Of a DNA stretch of 64,000 bases, positions 31,512-39,753 are shown one piece after another. The position numbers were made by a program, and so were the translations under genes. The DNA lies in NCBI GenBank assembly GCA_050012075.1, contig JBEKHW010000002.1, positions 126,889 through 190,888 on the forward strand, in the 5' to 3' direction. The notes beneath the pieces were generated by a model. That model ran no database searches and was not told where the DNA came from. It saw only the letters and a program-made list of their open reading frames with translations. How positions within the stretch are numbered: position 1 is the first letter of the stretch; each line of letters begins with the position of its first letter. This DNA is from Candidatus Omnitrophota bacterium (GTDB taxonomy: Bacteria > Omnitrophota > Gorgyraeia > Gygaellales > Profunditerraquicolaceae).

Positions 31512-32693
31512 ATGGCAAAGCTTATGTTAAAGGATTTGGACTTAAAGGGTAAAACCGTATTGATGCGGGCTGATTTTAATGTTCCGCAAGACGCAAACTT
31601 AAATATCACCGATGATACGCGCATACGCTCGACATTGCCCACCATAAAATATATCTTACAAAACGGAGCCAGGAAACTCGTTTTAATGAGCCATCTGGGC
31701 AGGCCGGACGGACAGGTAGTAGGGAAGTACAGCCTCCGGCCTGTTGCGGCAAGATTAGCGGAATTATTGGCTATGCCTGTGAAATTCCTGAATGACTGTA
31801 TAGGGGAAAACATAAAAAAGGAGATTCAGTCCTCTCCTGAAAAGGTTGTTCTTTTAGAGAACTTGCGTTTCCATGCCGAAGAGGAAGCAAATAACGCGGA
31901 TTTCGCAAAGCAGCTGGCGTCATTAGGAGAGGTATTTGTAAATGATGCTTTTGGCACAGCGCACCGCGCCCATGCCTCTACTGAAGGGGTAACGCATTAT
32001 CTTGAATCCGCAGCCGGATTCCTGCTGGAAAAAGAAATCGAATACCTGGGTAATGCCGTCGTAGCTCCCGAGCGTCCATTCATGGTGATCCTTGGGGGTG
32101 CCAAGGTTTCCGATAAGATAGGCGTGATTGAGAATCTCTTGCCCAAATGCGATGCTATTTTGATAGGGGGAGGGATGGCCTATACTTTCCTTAAGGCACA
32201 GGGAAAATCCATAGGTAATTCCAAACTGGAAAAAGATAAACTTGACCTGGCAAAATCCCTTTTGGATAAGGCAAAATCACTAAAGAAAGAAATAATCTTG
32301 CCGGTTGATAACGTAGTGGTAGATAATATACAGCCGGATGCAAAGAGTGAAGTGACGGGAGAAAATATTCCGGATGGCAAGATTGCGGTAGATATAGGAC
32401 CCAAGACCATAAAACTTTTCCAGGATAAATTGAAATCAGCGAAGACCATTATCTGGAACGGGCCGCTGGGCATATTTGAGATGGATGCTTTTAGTATCGG
32501 GACAAAAGAAATCGCCCAATTTATCGGCGGATTAAAAGCAATGACTATTATCTGCGGAGGAGATACTGCAGCGGCAATTGCCAAATTTAAGTTAGAAGAT
32601 AAAATGGCCCATATATCAACCGGAGGCGGGGCAAGCCTGGAATATCTTGAGGGTAAAGTCTTGCCGGGTGTCGCGGCCTTGACTGATAAGTAA
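31512..32693 (+). CDS. pgk: Phosphoglycerate kinase
   Basis: [28 protein letters not shown]. Confidence 0.97.
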   Translation: MAKLMLKDLDLKGKTVLMRADFNVPQDANLNITDDTRIRSTLPTIKYILQNGARKLVLMSHLGRPDGQVVGKYSLRPVAARLAELLAMPVKFLNDCIGENIKKEIQSSPEKVVLLENLRFHAEEEANNADFAKQLASLGEVFVNDAFGTAHRAHASTEGVTHYLESAAGFLLEKEIEYLGNAVVAPERPFMVILGGAKVSDKIGVIENLLPKCDAILIGGGMAYTFLKAQGKSIGNSKLEKDKLDLAKSLLDKAKSLKKEIILPVDNVVVDNIQPDAKSEVTGENIPDGKIAVDIGPKTIKLFQDKLKSAKTIIWNGPLGIFEMDAFSIGTKEIAQFIGGLKAMTIICGGDTAAAIAKFKLEDKMAHISTGGGASLEYLEGKVLPGVAALTDK

Positions 32694-32694
32694 G

Positions 32695-33462
32695 ATGAGG
32701 AAAACAATTATTGCGGGAAACTGGAAGATGTATAAGACCATTAAAGAAGGCCAGGAATTAGTGGTCGCTTTAAGCAGGGAACTCTATAAAATAGAGAATG
32801 TTGATATCATAGTTTGCCCGCCGTATACATCGCTGGCATTCTTAGCCGATGCCCTTGAGACAAGTAATATCATTTTAGGTGCTCAAGATGTTTTCTGGAA
32901 AGAGGAGGGCGCTTTTACCGGAGAGGTCTCATGTAAGATGCTAAAAGACGCAGGATGTAAATTCGTCATCATAGGCCACTCTGAACGCAGGCAGTATTTT
33001 GGGGAAACAAACGAGGCCGTGAATAATAAAGTAAAGGCCGCGTTAAAGGAAGCGCTTACGCCGATTATGTGCGTTGGCGAGACACTTGCCGAAAGAGAGA
33101 AAGACCTTACTTTTAAGATTCTGGATAATCACCTCAAGGGAGGGTTGAAGGATATATCCGCGGAGCAAGTAGAAAAAATAGTTATTGCGTATGAACCGGT
33201 TTGGGCTATTGGCACAGGAAAGACCGCTACCCCCGAACAGGCACAGGAGGCCCATAAATACATCCGCGATACATTGGGAACTATGTATAGCCAGGATTTA
33301 GCGTCACAGGTCCGTATTCAGTACGGTGGAAGTGTCAAGCCGGATAATATTTCCGATATTATGCGCCAACCCGATGTAGATGGCGCGTTAGTCGGGGGAG
33401 CTAGCCTCCAGGTGGACTCCTTCGCTAGTATCGTAAAAAAAGCCAGTGAGGTAGTGAAATGA
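32695..33462 (+). CDS. tpiA: Triosephosphate isomerase
   Basis: AGNWKM, GHSERR, AYEPVWAIGTG, YGGSV. Confidence 0.97.
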   Translation: MRKTIIAGNWKMYKTIKEGQELVVALSRELYKIENVDIIVCPPYTSLAFLADALETSNIILGAQDVFWKEEGAFTGEVSCKMLKDAGCKFVIIGHSERRQYFGETNEAVNNKVKAALKEALTPIMCVGETLAEREKDLTFKILDNHLKGGLKDISAEQVEKIVIAYEPVWAIGTGKTATPEQAQEAHKYIRDTLGTMYSQDLASQVRIQYGGSVKPDNISDIMRQPDVDGALVGGASLQVDSFASIVKKASEVVK

Positions 33463-33812
33463 TCGCAATTATTATTGTTCATGTGATAGTATGCACCGCC
33501 CTTATAGCCCTTGTTTTGGTCCAACGGGGCAGGGGCAGCGGCCTGGTTGAAAGTTTCCAAGGCGTAGAATCAATGTTTGGTACAAAAACAAATACCTTTC
33601 TTACGCGCACCACCACCATATTGTCAATTTTATTCTTTTTTACCTGCTTAAGCCTTGCGATATTGTCAATGAGACAAAGCAGGTCCCTTATGAGAACGGC
33701 AGTGCCGCAAAAGGCGGTTTCGCAGCAGTCGCCTGAAAAAGCCGCGCCTTTACAGCAAAACGCGCCAATTGCTCCCGCTGCGGCAACAGGGGAAAATGCA
33801 GTCAATAAATAA
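33459..33812 (+). CDS. secG: Preprotein translocase subunit SecG
   Basis: Two TMs, VLVQRGRGSGL, FLTRTT; follows tpiA. Confidence 0.9.
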   Translation: MIAIIIVHVIVCTALIALVLVQRGRGSGLVESFQGVESMFGTKTNTFLTRTTTILSILFFFTCLSLAILSMRQSRSLMRTAVPQKAVSQQSPEKAAPLQQNAPIAPAAATGENAVNK

Positions 33813-33852
33813 ACGATTGCGCTATAATATAACAGGCCAGCGCAATAACATT

Positions 33853-33886
33853 AGGCTATCGCTTTAAGAAAGCGATAGCCTTTTTT
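33853..33886 (+). terminator. Rho-independent terminator
   Basis: AGGCTATCGCTTT-aag-AAAGCGATAGCCT followed by a T run. Confidence 0.85.
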
Positions 33887-33892
33887 ATTACT

Positions 33893-35038
33893 ATGGACAG
33901 AAAATTATTCTGGGTATTTGCATTAAGCAGTGCTGTCTATTTTACGCAAGGGGCAGAGGGCCTTCCTTCCCAGGCACTCTTCTATTATATGAAAGAGACG
34001 TTGCATTTCTCTCCTGAGAAGATAATGTTTTTAACGAGCATTATCATAAGCGCCTGGCTCGTGAAACCTCCCATAGGTTATCTTGTCGATAATTTTTTCA
34101 CTAAGAAATTATGGATTTTCTTTTCTTTAGTTGCAGATATACTCCTTGTCCTCCTGGTGGGGTTACAGTATTTCCCCATCTTTATATTAATATCTATTTT
34201 GCTCGTAAATGCCACAAGTGCTGCTTTCCGCGATGTGGCAGTAGACGGGATTATGTGCGTAGAAGGCAAGAAACACAGCGCTACAGGCAGGATACAGAGT
34301 ATCCAGTGGATTTCTATCTCTGTCGCAGGTTTACTGACAGGAATAGGAGGAGGAATTATTGCGCAGAAATGGGGATATAGGACAGGATACCTTTGTCTAG
34401 TCCCTTTTTATATTTTAGCCGGTTTATTCGCGTATAAATATAAGGAAAATGGTGCCCGGGCAGTCAAGGCCCGCTCTTCTTTTAAGCAAGATATGAAAAA
34501 ACTGTTTTTAGACAAACGGCTCCTTATTATCGCGCTTTTTATCTTCCTGTATAAGTATTCTCCGTCATTCGGCACGCCGCTATGGTTTATACAGAGGGAT
34601 AGCTTTAAATGGAGCAAGCTCTGGATAGGAGGGTTGACTACCATAAGCACTGTCTTTGGTATTGCCGGCTCATTATTTTATTACAGGTCCAGTACAAAGA
34701 TTAACATCAAAAAATGGCTATATTTTTCGGTATTTCTGGGTGCTGTGCTTACCCTTTTTTACCTGTATTACACGCCGGTTACCGCCATTATTTATGAGAT
34801 CATTTTTAGCTTTATCGGTATGTTCATATTCCTGATGGTTATGGATTTTATGGCCAGGAATACTACGGCGGGGTTAGAGGCGACTTCTTTTGCTTTTCTC
34901 TGCAGTGTCAGTAACCTTGCCATGGTAGCCAGTAACCTCTCCGGGGCATTTTTATTACCCATAGTAGGTTTGAGATGGCTTATTATTTTGTCCGCGCTTA
35001 CCAGTTTCTTATGTCTGTCCCTCATAAAGAAGATTTAG
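33893..35038 (+). CDS. MFS transporter, BT1 folate/biopterin-like
   Basis: YFTQG, WLVKP, DVAVDG, GLEATSFA; about 12 TMs. Confidence 0.75.
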   Translation: MDRKLFWVFALSSAVYFTQGAEGLPSQALFYYMKETLHFSPEKIMFLTSIIISAWLVKPPIGYLVDNFFTKKLWIFFSLVADILLVLLVGLQYFPIFILISILLVNATSAAFRDVAVDGIMCVEGKKHSATGRIQSIQWISISVAGLLTGIGGGIIAQKWGYRTGYLCLVPFYILAGLFAYKYKENGARAVKARSSFKQDMKKLFLDKRLLIIALFIFLYKYSPSFGTPLWFIQRDSFKWSKLWIGGLTTISTVFGIAGSLFYYRSSTKINIKKWLYFSVFLGAVLTLFYLYYTPVTAIIYEIIFSFIGMFIFLMVMDFMARNTTAGLEATSFAFLCSVSNLAMVASNLSGAFLLPIVGLRWLIILSALTSFLCLSLIKKI

Positions 35039-35134
35039 CTTCGGGGTCCTGCCGCGTCCGTTTCCCCATTCCTGTGGTGCAGTGGCTCCTCGGAACGGGG
35101 ATGCCCCTCGTCCGCGTCACCCCTCAGCTAAATC
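35032..35134. repeat. 103-bp GC-rich imperfect hairpin element
   Basis: Ends GATTTAGCT / AGCTAAATC with nested complementary segments. Confidence 0.65.
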
Positions 35135-35145
35135 GAAATTTTTAG

Positions 35146-35174
35146 TTGCCTTTTAGCGGCCTCTCGTATATAAT
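35146..35174 (+). promoter_or_regulatory. Sigma70 promoter for marC-glgC
   Basis: TTGCCT-17-TATAAT, 9 nt before ATG. Confidence 0.6.
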
Positions 35175-35183
35175 ACAAAAATA

Positions 35184-35783
35184 ATGATGAAAGTATTTGA
35201 GCCGTATATATTAGCGTTTATCCCGATTTTTGTAGCAGTGGATGCCATAGGGAATATCCCCTTGTTTATTTCTCTCGTAACCGGCTCAGGGAAGAAACAA
35301 AGGGATGCGGTTATCCTGGAATCCGTAACCGTTGCTACGGTCATCGCGATTTTATTTCTATTAATCGGCAAATGGGTCCTGGGGTTCCTCGGTATTACCA
35401 TATCCGATTTCCAGATTGCCGGAGGTATCCTTTTATTTGTGATTGCCGTCAGGCTTCTTTTACCGGGGGCAGTAAAACATATTCTGTCAGACGGTCACGA
35501 TAAAGATATAGGGGTATTTCCCCTTGGCACACCCTTGATTACGGGGCCGGCGGTCTTAACTACTACATTGATGATGCTGGATACTTTCGGCATAAGCGCT
35601 ACTTTTGTATCACTGGCCGTAAATATGTTTATCGTGTGGCTTACGCTTATTAATGCCGATGCGATTATAAAAATAATGGGGCAGGGCGGGATACGCGCGG
35701 TTTCCAAGCTTATGTATATACTTCTTGCTGCGATAGGGGTAATGATGGTGCGTAAGGGCATAGTAGGAGCATTCCTGCGATGA
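35184..35783 (+). CDS. MarC family membrane protein
   Basis: DAIGNIP, FQIAGGILL, PLGTPLITGP. Confidence 0.9.
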   Translation: MMKVFEPYILAFIPIFVAVDAIGNIPLFISLVTGSGKKQRDAVILESVTVATVIAILFLLIGKWVLGFLGITISDFQIAGGILLFVIAVRLLLPGAVKHILSDGHDKDIGVFPLGTPLITGPAVLTTTLMMLDTFGISATFVSLAVNMFIVWLTLINADAIIKIMGQGGIRAVSKLMYILLAAIGVMMVRKGIVGAFLR

Positions 35784-37006
35784 CGCATAAAGTATTGACT
35801 TTTATTATGGCAGGAGGAAAAGGGGAACGCCTTTTTCCACTGACTAAGGATAGGACCAAGCCCGCTGTTCCTTTTGGCGGTATTTACAGGATTATTGATT
35901 TTACCTTAAGTAACTGTATAAATTCCGGGTTACGTAAGATTTATCTGCTTACCCAGTATAAATCTGCGTCATTACAGAGGCATATCAGGCTTGGTTGGAA
36001 TATCCTGCCTTCGGAATTAGCCCAATTTATCGAGCTTCTTCCTGCTCAGCAGCGCGTCGGCGATTCCTGGTACCTTGGGACAGCAGATGCGATTTATCAG
36101 AACCTGTATACGCTGGAGCTCGACCATCCGGATGAAGTGCTGATCTTAGCCGGAGACCACATATATAAAATGAACTATTATGCGATGATAGATTTTCACC
36201 GCGAGAATGATGCTGATTTGACTGTGGGTGTTGTGGAGATGGAGAAAGAAAAAGCATCGCACCTGGGAGTTGTTGAAGTAGATACAGCAGGAAGGGTAGC
36301 TGGTTTTGAGGAGAAGCCGGCAAAACCTAAGACCATCCCGGCGCACCCGGATAAAATCTTTGCCTCTATGGGTATCTACGTATTTAATAGCGGCGTACTC
36401 TTGGAGGAGCTGCACGATGATGCAAAAAAGCGCGCTACAGCCCACGATTTCGGAAAAGACATCATCCCCCCGATGCTTAAAAAGGGGCTTAAGGTAATGG
36501 CGTATAATTTTATCGATGAAAATAAAAAAGAGGCGAAATACTGGCGCGATATCGGGACAATAGATGCTTATTATGAGGCGAATATGGATTTAGTGCAGGC
36601 GGCGCCGATTTTTAACCTTTATGACAGGAACTGGCCTATACGCACTTACCAGGAGCAATTTCCTCCTGCCAAAACAGTTCATGCCGGAGAAGAAGTTACC
36701 GGCAGGATTGGCCTTGTGCTTGATTCCGTTGTTTCCGGCGGCTGCGTTGTAAGCGGCGGCAGGGTACAACGGTCGGTGCTCTCGCCGAATGTCAGGGTAA
36801 ACAGCTATTCCCAGGTATATGACTCGATACTGATGGAAGGTGTCAATGTCGGCAGGTATGCCAAGATAAAAAGGGCGATTATAGATAAGGATGTGGATAT
36901 TCCCCAGGGTATGGTTATAGGATATGACCTGCAGGAAGATAAAAAGCATTTCCATGTCACGGATTCCGGGATTGTCGTGGTAGCAAAGGGCACGGAGATT
37001 AAATAG
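35780..37006 (+). CDS. glgC: Glucose-1-phosphate adenylyltransferase
   Basis: AGGKGERLFPLT, KPAVPFGG, GTADA, DFGKD, YWRDIGT. Confidence 0.96.
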   Translation: MTHKVLTFIMAGGKGERLFPLTKDRTKPAVPFGGIYRIIDFTLSNCINSGLRKIYLLTQYKSASLQRHIRLGWNILPSELAQFIELLPAQQRVGDSWYLGTADAIYQNLYTLELDHPDEVLILAGDHIYKMNYYAMIDFHRENDADLTVGVVEMEKEKASHLGVVEVDTAGRVAGFEEKPAKPKTIPAHPDKIFASMGIYVFNSGVLLEELHDDAKKRATAHDFGKDIIPPMLKKGLKVMAYNFIDENKKEAKYWRDIGTIDAYYEANMDLVQAAPIFNLYDRNWPIRTYQEQFPPAKTVHAGEEVTGRIGLVLDSVVSGGCVVSGGRVQRSVLSPNVRVNSYSQVYDSILMEGVNVGRYAKIKRAIIDKDVDIPQGMVIGYDLQEDKKHFHVTDSGIVVVAKGTEIK

Positions 37007-37038
37007 TGCATGGTTCATTGTTCATAGTTCATGGTTAA
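37004..37038 (+). repeat. Heptamer tandem array (TRGTTCA-like x5)
   Basis: TAGTGCA TGGTTCA TTGTTCA TAGTTCA TGGTTAA, starting at the glgC TAG. Confidence 0.85.
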
Positions 37039-37043
37039 ATGCG

Positions 37044-37493
37044 ATGATTAGAAAAGCGAAAATAAGCGATATAAACCAAATACAAAGCTTAATCAATAAA
37101 TTTGCCAAGCAGGATTTGATGTTGCCGCGCGCCTTGAATGAGCTTTACGAAAACTTGAGAGATTTCTGGGTGGCGCAAGAAAAAGGAATTATAACCGGTT
37201 GCGCTGCACTGCACGTATCCTGGGATGACCTGGCAGAAATAAAGTCGCTTGCAGTGGTAAAACAGAAACAGGGCAAAGGGATAGGCAAAGACCTTATCCT
37301 GGCATGTTTAGAGGAAGCAAAACAACTTGGAGCGCGTAAGGTATTTGTATTAACCTACAAGCCAGATTACTTTAAGAAATTCGGTTTCAAAAGAGTAAAA
37401 CACGCTCAACTTCCCCATAAGATCTGGGCCGAGTGTATAAACTGCTGCAAATTCCCTAATTGCAATGAAACAGCCCTTCTAAAACGCTTGTAA
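37044..37493 (+). CDS. GNAT N-acetyltransferase (short ArgA-like)
   Basis: MLPR, AEIKSLAV, LPHKIWAECINC..FPNC. Confidence 0.85.
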   Translation: MIRKAKISDINQIQSLINKFAKQDLMLPRALNELYENLRDFWVAQEKGIITGCAALHVSWDDLAEIKSLAVVKQKQGKGIGKDLILACLEEAKQLGARKVFVLTYKPDYFKKFGFKRVKHAQLPHKIWAECINCCKFPNCNETALLKRL

Positions 37494-37515
37494 AAGAACC
37501 TTTCTATGGTATAAT
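37488..37515 (+). promoter_or_regulatory. Extended -10 sigma70 promoter
   Basis: TTGTAA-16-TATAAT with TG extension. Confidence 0.65.
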
Positions 37516-37528
37516 CTCTGAAACAAAA

Positions 37529-37603
37529 GGGGACGGTTCTCAACTTGTTCGAGAAGTGTCCCTATTTAGGGGACAGTTCTGCTTTGAGTTGAGAACCGTC
37601 CCC
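37529..37603. repeat. REP-like nested inverted repeat
   Basis: 17-bp perfect IR GGGGACGGTTCTCAACT / AGTTGAGAACCGTCCCC enclosing two degenerate copies. Confidence 0.85.
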
Positions 37604-37619
37604 AATAATTGGAGGGAAT

Positions 37620-38771
37620 ATGGATTATTTATTGACCGATGAACAAAAAATGGTAAAGGAGCTTGCGCATAAGATTGCGGAAGAAAAAGTCCGCCCTGTC
37701 GCCGCCAAATACGACCAGAGTGAAGAATATCCCTGGGATGTTATGAAGGTTATTGCCGATGCAGGGCTTTTTGGCTTATTTATTCCACCGGAATACGGCG
37801 GAATGAGCGTGGGTGTCTTAAACCTTTGTATCGCGACAGAAGAATTATCCCGCGCCTGCGGCGGAATCGCAGTCTGTTATGCCGCCTCGGCATTAGGCAC
37901 ATTTCCGATAGTCCTGTTTGGAAACGAAGAACAGAAAAAGAAATATTTGCCGGATTTGGCAAGCGGTAAGAAAGTAGCGGCATTCGCTATCACGGAACCT
38001 GAAGCCGGCTCCGATGCCTCAGCCATAAAGACCACCGCGAAAAAAGTAGGTAATCACTATATCCTAAACGGATTGAAGCATTTTATTACCAATGGCGGGG
38101 ATGCCGAGACCTATGTCGTAATCGCCATGACCGATAAAACAAAAGGCGCGCGCGGGGCGTCCGCCTTTATTCTGGAGAAAGGTATGCTAGGGTTTACCTT
38201 TGGCAAGAAGGAAGATAAATTCGGTATCAGGGCATCCTCCACGCGCGAGCTGATTTTTACTGATTGTAAAGTCCCCGCGGAGAATCTTCTTTCCAGGGAA
38301 GGGATGGGTTTTATTGTAACCATGAAAACATTTGATATGTCCCGCCCGGGAGTGGCTGCGCAGGCAGTAGGTATTGCGCAGGGGGCGCTTGAACTGGCTG
38401 TAAAATATGCCAAGGAAAGGCAGCAGTTCGGTAAATCCATTTCTACTTTTCAGGGGATTCAATGGATGCTGGCGGATATGGCTACTGAAGTAGAGGCAGC
38501 CCGCGGCCTGGTATATTCTACCGCGCGCATGGTTGATGCAGGAATAAAAGATGTCTCAAAGGATTCTGCAATGGCCAAGATGTATGCTTCCGATGTGGCG
38601 ATGAAGGTAACGGTTGACGCCCTGCAGATATTCGGCGGTTACGGCTATATGAAGGATTACCCTATTGAGAAATATGTCCGCGATGCCAAGATAACCCAGA
38701 TTTACGAAGGGACAAACCAGGTCCAGCGTAATATTATCGCGTTACAGTTAATTAAGGAAATGGCAAAGTAG
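37620..38771 (+). CDS. Acyl-CoA dehydrogenase (butyryl-CoA/caffeyl-CoA reductase type)
   Basis: AITEPEAGSD, FITNGG, QIFGGYGY, IYEGTNQ. Confidence 0.93.
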   Translation: MDYLLTDEQKMVKELAHKIAEEKVRPVAAKYDQSEEYPWDVMKVIADAGLFGLFIPPEYGGMSVGVLNLCIATEELSRACGGIAVCYAASALGTFPIVLFGNEEQKKKYLPDLASGKKVAAFAITEPEAGSDASAIKTTAKKVGNHYILNGLKHFITNGGDAETYVVIAMTDKTKGARGASAFILEKGMLGFTFGKKEDKFGIRASSTRELIFTDCKVPAENLLSREGMGFIVTMKTFDMSRPGVAAQAVGIAQGALELAVKYAKERQQFGKSISTFQGIQWMLADMATEVEAARGLVYSTARMVDAGIKDVSKDSAMAKMYASDVAMKVTVDALQIFGGYGYMKDYPIEKYVRDAKITQIYEGTNQVQRNIIALQLIKEMAK

Positions 38772-38877
38772 TTCGCAAGTTCTAAAGTTCGCAAGTTCGT
38801 AAGTTCAAAAGTTTATGGGTCTTTTGCGAGACACCACTAACATACGAACTAAAGAACATTAGAACTAAAGAGCAAAA
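38769..38877. repeat. Octamer tandem array with inverted arm
   Basis: GTTCnnAA x5 (38771-38810), then GAACnnnA-like x4 (38846-38877). Confidence 0.85.
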
Positions 38878-39660
38878 ATGAATATTATAGTCTGTATAAA
38901 ACAGGTCCCTGAAACAACTGAAGTCCGGATTAACCCTGAGACAAATACATTAATCCGCGAAGGCGTTAAAGCCATTATTAACCCTTTTGATATGTATGCT
39001 ATTGAAGAGGGGGTGCGGCTTAAAGAGAAGTTCGGGGGAAAAGTTACTGTGGTTACCATGGGGCCTCCGCAGGCTGACGCCGCATTACGCGAAGCAATAT
39101 CCCTGGGTTGCGATGAAGGGGTTCTGGTTTCCGACCGCGCATTTGCCGGCAGCGATACCTGGGCAACCAGCTATACGCTTACAGGCGCAATCAAAAAAAT
39201 CGGCGGTTTTGACCTGATTATCTGCGGTAAGCAGGCCTCTGATGGTGACACCGCGCAGGTGGGGCCCGGTATTTCTACGCACCTGGATATACCACAGGTT
39301 ACTTACGTTAAGAAAGTAGAAGATGTGAATGAAAAGGCAATGCGCCTGGAACGGATGATGGAGGAGGGCTACGAAGTTATCGAAGTGCCCCTACCTTGCC
39401 TTATTACCGTAGTCAAAGAGATAAATGAGCCGCGGCTACCTTCTTTGAAAGGGATGATGAAGGCAAAGAGCGCAAAGATTTCTGTCTGGGGACAGAAGGA
39501 CCTTAACCTTGACCCGCAGGCAATAGGCCTTTGCGGTTCTCCTACCCAGGTCGTAAAAATATTTACTCCCCCGCAGCGCTTAGGCGGACAGATGCTTCAA
39601 GGTGAAGTTAGCGAAGTTAGCAAAAAGTTAGTGGAGTTGTTAAAAGCAGAGATTAATTAG
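38878..39660 (+). CDS. etfB: Electron transfer flavoprotein beta subunit
   Basis: CIKQVP, NPFD, DRAFAGSDT, DGDTAQVGP. Confidence 0.95.
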   Translation: MNIIVCIKQVPETTEVRINPETNTLIREGVKAIINPFDMYAIEEGVRLKEKFGGKVTVVTMGPPQADAALREAISLGCDEGVLVSDRAFAGSDTWATSYTLTGAIKKIGGFDLIICGKQASDGDTAQVGPGISTHLDIPQVTYVKKVEDVNEKAMRLERMMEEGYEVIEVPLPCLITVVKEINEPRLPSLKGMMKAKSAKISVWGQKDLNLDPQAIGLCGSPTQVVKIFTPPQRLGGQMLQGEVSEVSKKLVELLKAEIN

Positions 39661-39753
39661 TTCATAGTTCATAGTGGATAGTTCATAGTACTATCAACCA
39701 TGAACCATGTCAGCCGTAGGCTGATCCGCCTCCGGCGGAAACCATGAACTAAA
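39658..39753. repeat. Heptamer inverted tandem array with a 30-bp palindromic insert
   Basis: TAGTTCA-type left arm, ACCATGA-type right arm, insert TCAGCCGTAGGCTGA-TCCGCCTCCGGCGGA. Confidence 0.85.

Noticed and set aside
35032-35134. SRP RNA or tRNA
   Set aside because: No SRP domain IV motif, T-loop or CCA end on either strand.
38771-38877. GTTC/GAAC units as LexA boxes
   Set aside because: Spacing and orientation do not match GAAC-N4-GTTC, GTTC-N4-GAAC or GTTC-N7-GTTC, and the sites are inside a metabolic operon.
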